Assembly: GCA_951406725.2 (NCBI GenBank)
Contig: OX597842.1
Location: 16,182,001 to 16,246,000 of the forward strand
Direction of reading: 5' to 3'
Length of the DNA stretch: 64,000 nt
Source of the DNA: Octopus vulgaris
Lineage: Eukaryota
Made by a program: the position numbers and the translations under genes
The notes under the pieces: generated by a model
Seen by the model: the letters and a program-made list of their open reading frames with translations, nothing else
What the model was told of the DNA's origin: nothing
The model's database searches: none
In this document: one piece after another, positions 1 to 14,150 of the stretch
Numbering within the stretch: the first letter of the stretch is position 1
Layout: each line of letters starts with the position of its first letter

Positions 1-4
1 ATTC

Positions 5-106
<102 letters not shown>

Positions 107-325
107 ATGTGTACACACCCATACATATATACATGGTTGTAGTGTAAGAAGCTTTGTTCCCAGACATACACGATTCCACGTTGAATTCCTGTGCATGGAA
201 ACTGAGGCAAGAATATTCTACTCTTACCTAGGGCTAAAAAAACTTGTCAGTGGATTTGGTAATTAAAAACTGAAAGAAGCTTCATAACAGGTGTGTGCCT
301 ATGTATGTGTGTGTTAGTGAGTGTT

Positions 326-356
<31 letters not shown>

Positions 357-504
357 AGTGGTTCAGCAAAGAGGCCGAGAGGATAAGGGATATGCTTAAA
401 ATAATAAAAATACTGGGACCGATCCATTTGACTAAAAATTCGTGATGCACCAGCTTGGCCGTAGTCAAATACCTAAAACAATTAATATATATATGTATAT
501 ATAT

Positions 505-543
<39 letters not shown>

Positions 544-1750
544 CATGATATTCATTTGACTATTAAATGTATTATTATCAGTGGTGGTGGTCAGCTGGAC
601 TCTCAACACCGCTACTATCAACATGAAGGAATTAGTAGTACATGTGATTGAATCTATCCCCATTATTTTTCTGGTACCTTGATAATATTTATATTATACA
701 GATCAATAAAATGCTGGAGAGTGTATATAATATGTATTTATTAACTAACCTGGTTCAGCAATAGAGACACAACACCATTGCGTTGGCTGAAAGTAATAGA
801 TAAGGAAAGAAAAACATGAAAAAAACAAACATCACACAGCTTGAGATAATAGCTATTAGGTCATTAAAGAAAACAGATGCAATTAGGTACCAATAACTTA
901 ATTAGAGCAATTATTACGCATATACTCACACACATATATATTTATTCAATACACACTCTACACAGTAGAACAATGATATATACACACCTGAGTAAACCCA
1001 GAAATGTAAAGACAGGAAAAATACTGCTAAGAATTCTGACAGCTTATATAAACATGAAATTTAGGAAGGAAAGAAGGGCTACAGGTAATCATATGAACCC
1101 CAGTACATGACTGGTATTGTATTTTATCAACCTTGCAAAGATGGAAGAAGTTGACATTGGCAGGATTTGAACTCAGAACGTAAAGAGTCGTAAATAAAAT
1201 AACGCAATTTATTTTCTTCAAAAGTAATAAGAAACAAGAACAGGAGAAAAGAAGGAAGACAGTTTATTAAAGGAACCCCTGGGTATTACTGGTACAGATT
1301 ATATTGACCCCAGAGTGATAGTAAATATTCTGGTAGGATTTGAACATGGCACATAAAAGAGACAAATGTAAATACTGTAAGGGGATGATTCTGTAGTTAG
1401 CCCAGGGTCGGAGTAAATAGAGAGTCTACAAAGGAGAGAGAGAGAAAGAGAGAGGAAAAGAGAGAGAGAAAAAGTAGTTCAAGATGGGATGAAAGGAAGA
1501 GGAGAGAGGATTTGAACCTGTGACGTTGAGGAAATGGAGAACGAGATGAAGTAAAGAGTCCAGTCAGGCAAGAACAATAATAATTATGGTGATGATTAAT
1601 TGATAAAGTAGATTACAGTGCGAAAGAAAGAAGAAAGACAATGACCCCATGGTGGGATTATGACATGAATGACTGAATGAAAAAGAAACAAATATTATTG
1701 AAAACATAAAAGAAACAGATTTGGATATTCCAGATCCAATGGGGACTTAT

Positions 1751-1907
1751 CCTCGAACTGCTACACATGCAGTGGTGTGTCTCCATCGTTGTCTACCACA
1801 TTCGCATCGGTGCCATTGTGACCCAACAACATGTCGATAGTGTGAAAGTGTCCCCGCAAACAGGCCCAGTGCAGCGGTGTGCAACCATGTTTATCTCGTT
1901 GATTCAC
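1751..1907 (-). pseudogene. Ankyrin-repeat exon, apparently disabled
   Basis: A polypyrimidine tract and CAG acceptor (1908-1920) precede VNQRDKHGCTPLHWACLRGHFHTIDMLLGHNGTDANVVDNDGDTPLHV*, which has two TPLH ankyrin motifs. There is an in-frame TAG at 1761-1763, and the expected donor reads ATAAGT instead of GTAAGT. Confidence 0.75.
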
Positions 1908-2470
1908 CTGAAAAAGAAAAGAATAAAAACATTAAAAATGGTGTCTGAAACGGGAGTCGGGTGGTGAAGAATTAAAAGAAAACTCACAGAAAAAGGGAAG
2001 AGAAGGAATTAAATTATTAAACAGGTGGAATGATTAGGGTGGGGAGTAGTTAATGGAGATTTATATTGTATATACACACACGCGTATACACACATACATA
2101 TGTACATTTAAATATATTTATACACACGCACACAAACTCGCATATAGGATGAATAACTCAATAAATAAACACATAGAGCAGCAAAATGTGTGTGTGTGTG
2201 TGCATATATATATGTGTGTGTTCGCGTGTGTGTGTGTTCATAATTACATTTATTCTTTTATTCTTTCATTTGTTTCAGTCATGTGACTGTACCATGCTGG
2301 AGCACTGTCGTTAGTCGAGCAAATCGCCCCAGTAAGCCTTGTACTTATTTTATTAGTTTCTTTTGCAGAAACGCTAGTTTACGGGGACGTAAACCAACCA
2401 GCATCGGTTGTCAAGCACTGTTGGGGACAAACACCGACACACATATTTTACATAATTTCACACACACACG

Positions 2471-2546
<76 letters not shown>

Positions 2547-2760
2547 TCTCTATATATATAAGGCAAGATGTGTGTGTGTGGGTGCGTATTTGTAATTTAT
2601 GCACATCCACAAACTAGCACGCATGTCGCTCAAATTTTAGAAGGCCATTCGTCACCATCCTAGCTGTATTTTTGTCAAATTATTTCCCCCGAGACACCCG
2701 CGAATAGCGGTAAATAATATTGAGCCAAAACTTGTAAATTTTTAAGATAGCGAAAGCTAC
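2547..2760 (+). mobile_element. Possible non-autonomous Helitron 5' fragment
   Basis: Begins TCTCTATATATATAAGGC, like the 5' ends of the other Helitrons in the window. No 3' CTAG end was identified. Confidence 0.3.
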
Positions 2761-3258
2761 CATTATTTACAAAGTAAACATGAGCTAAGTCCCCTCCTAG
2801 CGACGGTGTAAAGAGAGGGAGGGAGAGGGAGAGAGATAGAGACAGAGAGATTTTATAATTTCGTCTTATATCAGTCCACCCATTCCCATACAAACATTTT
2901 ATCTTTGTAAACAAGTCTTTTTTCTATTTTTAATACGGAATACGTTCAAACCTTAATATTTAAATTCATACATACACACACAAACAAATTCTTACACTCA
3001 TACATACATACACTCATGCATACATACTTACATACATACATACATACATTATGTGGATGTGTGGTAGGAAGCTTGCTTCCCAACCCCAGGATTCCGTGTA
3101 CCATCACTGGAATCTTGGGCAAGGGAATTCTACTATAGACTCGGGCTGAAGAAATGCTTGTGAGTAGATTTGATAAACGAAATCGGAAAGAAACCCGTCG
3201 TATACACACGCACACATATATATGAATATATATATATGCATGTATATGTGTGTGTGTA

Positions 3259-3312
<54 letters not shown>

Positions 3313-3349
3313 TATATATATATGCATACATACATATATATGTATATAT

Positions 3350-3389
<40 letters not shown>

Positions 3390-3489
3390 CTAAATAATGA
3401 GGGAGATAAATTGAATATTAATTTAATTAATATCAATTTAAAACCAGTAGCCTAGCATATAAAAGTCTGAAAAACCAGAATAAATCTAA

Positions 3490-3680
3490 TACATGTGTAT
3501 ATTAAGGTCTAAAAACCACTATGTGGACAGCCATATGCTAGAAATAGATCACCTACTTTCAAGCTACAAAGAAAGAATGTTCTCTAGGGAACATTCTTTC
3601 TTTGTCGTTTGATCGTAGGTGATCTATTTCTAGCATATGGCGGTCCACATAGTGGTATTTAGCCCTTAATATGCACATGT
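3490..3680. repeat. Long imperfect palindrome (about 90-bp arms) between (TA)n tracts
   Basis: ccactatgtggacagccatatgctagaaatagatcacctac...aagaaagaatgttc is mirrored by gaacattctttcttt...gtaggtgatctatttctagcatatggcggtccacatagtgg. Confidence 0.85.
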
Positions 3681-4123
3681 GTGTGTATATATATATATAT
3701 ATATAGTTGAAATTTATAGAAAAAACAAAAATCGGAGTCAGGTGTAGAAATAATAAGCAAGTGTATTAGTTTGATATTCAGGAAAAATACATGTGTGTGT
3801 GTATGCGTATGTGTGTGTGTATATGTCTCTGCGTCTGTGTTTGTTTCCTCCTAATCACCGCTTAACAACCGGTGTTGGTGTGTGTACGCCTCATAACATA
3901 GCGGTTTGGCAAATAAAACCGATACAACACGTACCAGGTTATTCCTAAAACAAATCAGTTCTAAGGTCGATTTGTAACACTAAAACATTTCAAGGTGTTG
4001 CTCTAGCATGGCCGGACTCAAATAAGTGAAACAAGTGAACGAGTATTGTATAGACTAAGCTCATTCTGTGGAGGCACATGGCCTAGTGAATCGGAAAACT
4101 GATATATTGAATTCTTGTGATGC

Positions 4124-4154
<31 letters not shown>

Positions 4155-4470
4155 TGTATGTATGTATGTATGTATGTATGTATGTATGTATGTATGCGTG
4201 TATGTATGAATGTATGTATGTATGTATGTATATATGTATGTATGTATGTGTGTATGTATGTATATATGTTTCTTATTGTGTATGCATGTAATTATGTATA
4301 TTTCTATGTATGTATGTGATTTGTATAAATGAAGAAAGTGAGAGAGGGTGGAAGAGAAGTAGAGAGATAGGAAAGATGAAAAATAAAAAAATAGGACATC
4401 TTGGGAGTGGTATATAAAATATTTATATATAGAAATAGAAATAGAAAGAAACAAATCACTGAAGAACATT

Positions 4471-4510
<40 letters not shown>

Positions 4511-4949
4511 TATATATATGTATGTATATATATATATATGCGTGTGTGTGTATGTGTGCGTGTGAGTGAGTCTCTATGAGTGTGTGTATATGTATATATA
4601 TATATATACATATGAGAGAGACAGAGAGAAGGGAGAGTATGTCCTGAAATTAAGGTAACCGAAGATTTGGGCTTAAATGACAATCTATAAATGTGATGAG
4701 ATGTAAAAATCATACATCATTATAAACGTTATGTGTCCCTTCTTTTTATTGCAGACTAAAGAAGTAAAGATTTATTTATTAAGTAATGACTATAGATCGA
4801 AATACAATCATAAACCACCAAAAATTAGGCGAAAGTGATGCACAGGCACACACACACACATGAATATATATTTGTAATTAAATATATTCCTTCATATATG
4901 CATACATACATTCATAGTTGGATGCACACACATAAACACATGCACACAA

Positions 4950-5049
4950 NNNNNNNNNNNNNNNNNNNNNNNNNNNNNNNNNNNNNNNNNNNNNNNNNNN
5001 NNNNNNNNNNNNNNNNNNNNNNNNNNNNNNNNNNNNNNNNNNNNNNNNN
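4950..5049. other. Assembly gap (100 N)
   Basis: Run of N. Confidence 1.
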
Positions 5050-5540
5050 CTGGCACTTCTGTCCCCACGAGTGACAACACTCATAGCTGACATGAAATCC
5101 CCAGCAGAATTGCAGAGTGGCAGGAAGTACAAAACTACCCTGCCAACCAAGATCCAACCTCCTATTGACCAGGAAGAGACAAGGGCAAAGCTAGCTGCCA
5201 CTCAAGAACAATCACAGAAATATTACAACAAACATGCACAATACTTACCTGAGATACTTGGAGGACAACATGTGCATACTCAAGATGCCATAACTAAAAC
5301 ATGGATCCCAGCACAGGTTGTCAGTAGAGCTGAAAATCCAAGATCGTATATAATAGAAACGGAATCTGGTAGGCAGCTGAGACGCAACAGGGCCCACATC
5401 CGCCCAACACCAAAGCTGTCGAGGACAACGTGTACAACACCTGTTGCATCGGTGACAACACCCACAGAATCAACACCCCAACGGGCACCAACCACCCATC
5501 AGCAGCCCAACAACACACCTCAGACACCGGTACCACATCC
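5050..5540 (+). mobile_element. Gypsy-type LTR retrotransposon integrase C-terminal fragment
   Basis: SPAELQSGRKYKTTLP...QKYYNKHA...TWIPAQVV...PRSYIIETESGRQLRRNRAHIRP matches the integrase tail of Gypsy pol. Truncated by the gap. Confidence 0.85.
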
Positions 5541-5664
5541 TCGCAGTGTTGTCTTTTTTTGTGTTTGTTGTTCTTCTTTTTTGGATTTTCTTTTCTTATT
5601 GCCTGCTATTTATACAGGCGCACAAGAAATGCATGAACATACACACTACTTGTCTTTATTCTTC

Positions 5665-6000
<336 letters not shown>

Positions 6001-6067
6001 CTATCTGTCTATCTGTCTATGTACCTACCTGCATTCCTAACTATCTCTCTCCCGATATATATATATA

Positions 6068-6147
<80 letters not shown>

Positions 6148-6379
6148 TAGAGAGAGAAAAAGATTGAGAGAGAGAGACATACAGATAGAAATACTTATAG
6201 ATAATAATAATAACAACCACAACAGCAACAACACCATCACCAACAACAACAATAACAATATTCATAGTTTAGGATAATCAACTATATATATATATATATA
6301 TATATTCTTCAAAACGAAACCACATGGGAATCGTTAGCGATTCTATTCCTCTGTCTTCCTTTCTATTAAACTTTCTTCT

Positions 6380-6415
6380 GTTTCTGAAGAAAAATCGTTG
6401 CTCGAAACGTTAAAC
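6380..6415 (+). ncRNA. Minimal type I hammerhead-like motif (degenerate stem II)
   Basis: GTTT-CTGAAGA-aaaatcgttgctc-GAAAC-GTT-AAAC has an intact core, stem I GTTT/AAAC and a palindromic ACGT stem III. Confidence 0.6.
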
Positions 6416-7199
6416 CATATGTAGTACTCCTTGGAGTAGTCCGTCCGCTTTGGTCCTCCCGTGACTCCCACCTCTCACCTGTGGTTCATCAATGCTATCT
6501 GCATGCAACAGTATCCACACCCAGGCTCACGGCTTCCAATGGCTGGCAAAACCATGGTAAGGTAGCAGACGGCCTTTAACCATTGGTGGACTAGGGCTTG
6601 TCTATCTAAGGATGTGAACCGGTGGTGTGTGCTGAGGAAACCAATAGATAGGCTCAACGGACTCGCAAACTTTGTGGAGGGGGAACTGCAACCTGTCTGT
6701 AGTTTTCTTCACTTCATCCTTCCACTGGAATCACAGAGGAAGGGACGAGAGAGCAAGCCAGATGCTCTTGTGCAACATTCCCTCACTTTAATCCATGTCA
6801 CGCTCAGTTCAAGGGTCAGGTAAAATATTGGGTTGGTGCATAATTATTGCGGCAATTTTTCAACAAATATTATTCAACAAAAACAATAAAAATATTTATC
6901 AAAGACATATTTACTGTTATTTCTAGCATCACGTAGGACCACCAATTGGATAATATTCCTCTGGATGCTTCTTAAAGTCTCCTTCAATCCTTCATGAAAA
7001 GCAACATACAAAATATAAACTATTATTTTTAGCATATTACCCGACCACCTGTTGGACAATAGACGCCCCCTCAAGTGTTCTGCTTTTATATAAAAATAAG
7101 ACATTAGGAATTTCAAGGTGTTTGCTTCAAGGTGTTTTCACGAATGATGCGAGACAATAGAGAGGTGAGATTCTTTTATAAAAGTCGGAATGGTTTTGG

Positions 7200-8985
7200 G
7201 AGGGAAACAATGAGATTAAGGGAAAGAAAGAGAGTGAAAGAGAGAGTAAAAAGAAGGAAAGAATGAAAGAGAGTGAGAGAGAGAGAGAGAAAGGAAGAAA
7301 GAAAAGAGAAAAAAGAAGGAATGAAAGAAAAGAGGAGGGAAGGAATAAAGTAACATGATTCTGTAATAATGCATGAAATGGAGAGCGGGGGAGAGAAGGA
7401 AAGAAAGAAAGGGAGAAGGAATGAAGGAAAAAAGAAGGCGAAAAAGAAAGAAAGAAAGAAATGAAGGAAAGAAGGAGAGAAATATAAGAGTAGGGCGAGA
7501 GGGAGGGAGAGAAAAAGGAGAAAAGGAAAGGAAACGAAACAAGGACAATAAAAGGAAGGAAGAAAGAGAAAAGAAGCAAAGGAGAAGGAAAGATAAGAGC
7601 GATGAAAGAAAAAAGAATGAAGGGTAAGAAGATGGAAATGAAAAATAGAAAGAAAACCAAAGAAATAACAAAAATGAATGAATGAAAGAAAGAAAGAAAG
7701 AAAGAAAGAAAGAAGGAAAGAATCAGAGAAATGAAGGAAGGAAGGAAAGAAAGAAAGGGAAGAAAGAAAGAACAAAGAAAGGAAAGAAAGAAAGAAAGAA
7801 AGGAAGAAGGAAAGAAGGAAAGAATGTGAGAGATGAAGGAAGGAAGAAAAAAGGGAAGAAACAAAAAACGAAAAAAGAAGAAAGAACGAAAGAAAGGAGA
7901 GAGAAAGAAAAAACAAAGATAGAAAAAAGAAAGAAGGAAATGAAAAGGGGAGAAAGAAAGAAGAAAGTAAGAAAGAATGAAACAAAGGAAGAAAGGAAAT
8001 TCAAGAAAGAAAGAAAAAAGAAATATAGAATGAAAAAAGAAAGAGAGAAAAATGAAAGAAAGAAAAAGAAAAAGAAAGAAAGGAAAAGGAAAGAAAGAAG
8101 GAAAGGAAGGAAGAAAGGAAGAGAGGAAAAGGAAAGAAAGAAAGAATGCAAAAAGAAAGAAAGAAAATAGAAAGAAAGTAAAGGGAAACAAAAAGAAAGA
8201 CAGAATGAGAGAGAGATAGAGAGGAAGGCGACGTAATTCAGTAAAAATGATGAGAAGAAAGAGGGAGAGGGAGGGAGAGAGGGAGAGGAAGGAGGATGGA
8301 TTAGAGAAATTAATGTTAAAAAGAGAGGAGGAGTGTGAGATGAGAGACAAAGAGTAAAAAGGCGGAGCATTAATATATAATAAGGTAATAGAGAGAGGGA
8401 GAGGGAGAGAGGAAGAAAGAGAGAGACAGACAAACAGAGACACGGAGACAGAGAGAGAGACATAAGACGCGAGAGGGCGAAAGAGAGAGACTGAAATAGA
8501 GAAATCAAGAGAGCAAAGAGAGAGAAAGACATATATAGAGAAAGAGAGGGAGAGGGAAAGGGAGGAGAAAGGGAGGGAAAGAATGAGGTAAGAGAATGAG
8601 AGAATAGTAGATAAGGAGGTGGAGGGAGAGAGAGAATGATACATAGGTTTTAGAAAGAGAGGGAGAGTGTGACGTGGGGCGGAGCGGAAAGAGGTAGAGG
8701 TATAGTATGAGATATGAGGTGGTAAAGAGGGAGGGAGAGAGACAAAAACTGAGGGAGGGGGAAGGAAACAGAGATGATGTATGATATATATGCTTTGTGA
8801 GGGGGGGAGAGTAAGAGTTGAGAGAAAACAATAACATAAATAAGTGACAGAGAGAGAGGGAGAGGAGTAGAGAAGGAGAGGGAATGATGTGTGTGATAAG
8901 AGAGGGAGTCTATCAGGTATTAGAGAAAGGAATAGGGGAAGGATGAGGTATTAATACAGGATGAGGAAGCAGAGAGAAGAGTTTC
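7200..8985. repeat. Purine-rich (GAAA/GA) low-complexity tract
   Basis: Almost pure A/G on the + strand. It generates the spurious F/S/L-rich and K/R/E-rich ORFs in the track. Confidence 0.95.
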
Positions 8986-11324
8986 GAAGTGTCCTTCATT
9001 TTCCTATGAAACACAAAACCAAACTTTAACATACTTGGCTGTTATTTCTCGCATCACATTTGAGCCCCAATTGGGGCTTAGAAGCTCCTTAAAGTGACCT
9101 TCATAAAAACGATGTAAAGTATAGTGTGGTGGGCTGTTATTTCTAGCAAGATAACAGACCACCAATACGTTTTATAGACGCTTCTTCGCTTGGTTTCTCA
9201 TTCGAGGAAGAAGTCTGACCAGATCCGGGAAAGACTTTTATAAATGCTTCTTAAATTGTCTTTCAATTTCGTATGAAAAACAAAGCAAATTTAAGTGTAG
9301 TGGGCTGTTATTTCTAGCATGATGTCAAACCTCGTGTGGGACGATTTCTTTGAATAAATGCTTCTTAAATTGTCCGTCAATGCCTCGACTATTTAATTTC
9401 CTCAATTAAGAACTACACTGTAATTATGTAATTAATGGTTAGTTAAATAATTAGCTTCTGGTAAAATAATTAGCGAGAGAGAAATTTTAAGGTAAATCTG
9501 AAAATATAATTTATTTGTAAGAAAATAAGGTTTCTTAGGAATAAAAGGAGAGGAAGAGGGAGAGGGTAAGATATAAGGAGGTGGGGGAGGTAGAGAGAGA
9601 AAGAAAGGAAGAAAGAGTGAGAGAGAGAGAGATAGAAAGGAAGAGAGACAGAGAGATAGGGAAATCTAGGGAAGGGGAGGGATATGTTAATGTATGAAAT
9701 GGCAGAGAAAGAAAGAGAAAGAGTGTGTGTGTGAGAGAGAGGGAGGGGGGAATTGATATATACGTTTAGGAAGTGAGGGAGAGGATGAGGTTAACGCTTT
9801 TGCAAGGGAGGCGGGGTTGGTTGAATTGAATATATAATGAGGTTCTGAGAGAAAGGAGACAAAGAGGGAGAAGTGGGAGGATATGTTTTGTAGGGGAGGG
9901 AGAAAGAGTATGAAAATGCATTTTGGTTTAGTGAGGTACAGACAGAGGGAATTCAGACTACAAGCAAGGGAGGGGGAAGCATTGGGTAATATATGAGGAG
10001 GTGGGAGACGGAAGGGAAGAGAAAGTGACAGACAAAGAGGGAGAGCGCGCTTATTGGACGATATATATTTAGTAATAGGGGAAGGGTATGAGTTAATAAA
10101 CAAAGCAAAATGGGCGGAGTCATTCTACATTATACAATTTTGGTGGGAGGTGTCAAAGCGTAAGAACAATAACTCTTATTGAATCCCTTTTCGCTTTAAA
10201 TTGTATTTTTTTCTTGCGCAGAATTTGAAGAATTCCAAAAATGATTTAATGTAAATAATAGATCGAAGTGTTTATAACGCAATATCAATAAATATCGAAC
10301 ACTTTTCTATATCACTGATTCGTTTTTCGTTTCGCTTTTTTAATATTGCAATTCTTACCCTTTAATTTCCTCCTCGTAATCTTCACACTGCACCCTGCAC
10401 CTATTGTCGATGCAGCTGCTAGAAATAGCAGCCAAACATCGCATATTAAACGTAACCTCTTATTTCTTTATTGCTTCAAAATTTATTTATTAAGTTGAGG
10501 AAAAAGTTCTTGCGTTTGGTCTTTATTTTGAAGAATATTTGTTAATTTATAATAAAATCTTGCATAAAAAGATCATTAATTTAACACGACGCACGGACAT
10601 TTGCCTCAATCTAATAGTTTCTATTTTATATTTGGCATTTGGTCAGAAAACTGCAAAGATTAGCCATTAACTGTCCACTACAAAGAGAAGGGAGCAAGAA
10701 TATGCAATGAAAGTGCAGTTTAGTGCAGCCGTGCACCGGTTGTCGTCGTATTTTAAGCTGCAAAATTGTGAAAGTAAACTTCAAGAAGGAAAGGGATCAG
10801 ACCGGAAGTGATGAGAATAGAACAGGAAACAAGCGAATGCAATCTAACGGAGCACAATTCAGCTCATAGTGACGACGCCTCTACAACCGAAACATCTCGA
10901 CACAATGTTTTTACTCATCGCAGGCCGGTCTCATGGATGTGTGACGGAGCTGTGTTGCGGGGAAAGAGCTACGAGAACGGAAATCGACGGAAGTTGACGC
11001 ATCTCGACGGTTATGAATGAGTTCAGTGTGAAGATATTAAATGCCTTTCGGTATTGCTTCAGATGTTTCACACCCGAATTTCCTGCCCCAGAGCTTCCAG
11101 AAGATGGAGATTTTGAATTATATTTTCTAAAACTGAGCTTCTGATGCTGTCAATTGCGATTATATCGGAACATTTGATGAAAACATTTTTCGTACTTCGA
11201 CGTGAGGAGTTTGGAAAATTCACACAAGGCGTCTGGCTTTTTTCACAACTTTCAGAAAATTAGTAAATTTTTAATGGAATTTTCTATGAATGCCTTTCAG
11301 AGTGTGTCGATTACAATTATAAAA

Positions 11325-11608
11325 TAATAATAATAATAATAATAATGAAATTATTGTATACAGTGCTCAGGTGCAACACAACTTGTCCGAAAGTGCGTAT
11401 AAGGTGTATGCAGTAATGTACAAATGTCTGGAAAGCGAACAATGTATGAGTCAGATACATGCTTGTGTGTGTATAGAGGGGAGGAAATTAGGTGCAGTGT
11501 TGGCGAATCTCAGAAAACAAGGAAGTTTTGAAGGATGCAGTGCTCCGACAACTAACAACTGATCCCGGCAGTTTGTTCCATGCTTCAGCAACTCTCAGCG
11601 TGAAAAAG
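11325..11608 (-). mobile_element. CR1/L2-clade LINE 3' end
   Basis: The minus strand encodes FFTLRVAEAWNKLPGSVVSCRSTASFKTSL (CR1 ORF2 C-terminal signature), followed by a 3' UTR and an (ATT)n tail. Confidence 0.8.
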
Positions 11609-11760
11609 TATATCGGAAATGAATATGAGAAAATTAATTTGATGGATTACTACACATACATAATACAACATGTCACATATCGACAAAAGGAAACTTGAAA
11701 TTTCGAAGAAAATTGTGATGTGCGCCATTGTCTGTGTGTGAATGTGTGTGTGTGTGTGTG

Positions 11761-12203
11761 CCACATGTCCGACACTCATGTCTCCCGCATGTCCGACACT
11801 CGCATCCCAAAACAGCTCTTCTACGGTGAACTCGGCCAGGGCAGGCGCAAAGTCGGAGGGCAGAAGAAGCGCTACAAGGATAGTCTCAAGGTCTCTCTCA
11901 AATACTTCTCCATCGGAACAGAGACCTGGGAGACACTTGCTGCCAACCGCTAATCCTGGCGCAGCGCAATCACCGTGGGAGCAGGGACAGCCGAGGAGGG
12001 ACGGATTCGGTCAGCGGAGCAGAAACGTCAGATGCATAAAGCCAGAGCCGCCTGCACCAGTAGCACGGCCCCTACCCACTTCTGCCCCACCTGTAGGAGG
12101 GGCTTCCTTGCTCGGATTGGCCACCTCCGGTCTCATGGCGGCAGTTCCATCAGATGATGTCAGTTGGTCATCTTCGAACCGATGGACGAACATTATTATT
12201 ATT
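11761..12203 (+). mobile_element. RTE-clade LINE 3' end
   Basis: HVSRMSDTRIPKQLFYGEL..GRRKVGGQKKRYKDSLK..WETLAANR*SWR...CPTCRRGFLARIGHLRSH, with an (ATT)n tail and (TG)n on both flanks. Confidence 0.9.
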
Positions 12204-12708
12204 GTGTGTGTGTGAGAGTGTGTGTGTCCTCATTATTTTTTCTTTCCACATTAAATTCCAATATAATCACGTTTTACACACACTGTAACGTATCTACAGA
12301 AAATTACATTAGAAAATAACCCATTTTTGTTAAAGTTTTGAGCAAACACAGACAATTCATGTGAATTTTACGAAACTCATCTTTCCGCCCACAGACAAAT
12401 TTGTTTCGCTACAAATTCCGATATAATCAGAATGATCACCATCTAAAGCGTATTTACAGAAACTTATTATTAAATACTGTCCCTTTGGCGGGGAGTTATG
12501 AGGAAACAAATTCGGTTCGTCGCACACATCTGTGAGAAAGGCTGCCTTCCCAATACGGGTCTTCTTCTGGAAATCGCTGTTCCAGTCGGAAAGCTTCCCG
12601 GCTCTCCTCTCCTGCATCTGTGCGTGTCGGTGGGACATTACCGTCAAATCTAAACACCATCTGAGTCGTCTCTTTTCCTCACTAATATTTCACACTTTCT
12701 TTCACTCA

Positions 12709-12742
<34 letters not shown>

Positions 12743-13059
12743 GAGTGTTATGTTGCAGCCCTACCCAACCATCAGAATCATCCTCACCTGACCTAAGAGC
12801 GTCATTGACAGAGAAAGTACCTGTCCATCTGCAGCTGACATGTACCCTAAGCCTCGACTCCTTGAAGCATCAACGGCTTAAAATGTGTAAGAAGCCGGTT
12901 CCCTTTGTTAACAGCATGTAGGTCGAGGGTAGAGATATCTGGTCGGCGGTGGAAGATTGAGACAGATGCACAGGTATCTCGACGAAATTCAGCTGCGGGG
13001 AAGTGGCTTCTGTCTTTACAATCAACCACGTGTTTCATTATTCTTGAATCTTTTATTTA

Positions 13060-14150
13060 ATTAAGAAATTTCAGTGTTTTCCCTCTTGTACAGACATATT
13101 ACGTTTATTAAGTTGTCCAAAAATGTCTGAAAAATAGAATAATTTGTATAACGAATCTTCATTGTGAAACAAATCTGAATTTAATCCCAGTAGGAATATT
13201 ATGTCTTCATTTTCCTAAAGTTCTATCAATTGTTTCAAAGCTTCTCCATTTCAGATTCCTCACACTTCTGTTCTTCATAAACTTTGCCGAAATTGGATGC
13301 CATTTCCTAACAGAAGAGGAAACTATTGAGAACAAGAATTTTAATAACGTTAATAATTTTAACCGCTTCTTGTAATATTGCAAAAGTATCTGGAAATATT
13401 TTCTGAGAAACCAACACCTCTCAGTGAAGATTGCAATAAGTGACAGAAATAGGGTTTTTATCTTACAAATTTAACTTCAACCCCAATTTCCCTCCTTATC
13501 ATAGCTTCTGCATCTTTATTACATACTACATTACATTTATACCATCGAAGGCCTAGTTCTGAGAAACTATCGTCTACTTTTAGCTACAAAGTCTCCATCT
13601 AACGAACCAATCTTCCTGGCCCCTATTCTATATTACTATAGTTTGTAATTTTAGTTGCTTCATCTAATTGAATTGCATGTTTAGAGACGTTGTTTAAAAA
13701 CCTTCGCATAATTTACTCCAATTAATCATTATTAGTTTCTGAAATACATATACCAACATTATCATTTCGCAGACGAACTTTGATTCATCTGCATGTTATT
13801 TCAGTGAATAATTCCTGATGTTTTCATTGCTGCTGCTAATACAAGTTCTTCACCGATGTTGTTTGGGGTTTATTTTATCTCTTGCAATTAAATAAGCAGC
13901 TTCAAATGATGCCCTTAAGTATTTCACTCTGTCTATTGAGTGAATAACTTGCTCAAGAGATTGCTTCTGTGTACTGATAGACTTTCAAGACAATTCTATA
14001 GTCTTATTATTATAAAGAAATGTCTTGAATGAAAACTTTTTTAATTTTTGTGGACTTCATATTTTCAGACACCAAACAATTCTTACAAATAAACCTGACC
14101 GGAATTCTTTCAATATTTGTCCAAAATATGATACCATATAATTTGTTTCT
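13060..14150 (-). mobile_element. Fossil hAT (Charlie/Buster, FAM200/ZBED5-like) transposase
   Basis: Broken frames give ICKNCLVSENMKSTKIKK (BED finger), LRASFEAAYLIARDK..NIGEELVLAAA, HAIQLDEATKITN (catalytic D) and KLFYFSDIFGQLNKRNMSVQ. Confidence 0.85.

Noticed and set aside
6425-6520. Possible HDV-like ribozyme at the start of a GC-rich block resembling a LINE 5' UTR (6420-6820)
   Set aside because: I could not build a consistent P1/P2/P3/P1.1 double pseudoknot by eye. A descriptor search would be needed.
7127-8644. 505-aa and other long F/S/L-rich or K/R/E-rich ORFs
   Set aside because: Artefacts of a stop-poor polypurine low-complexity tract, with no domain motifs.
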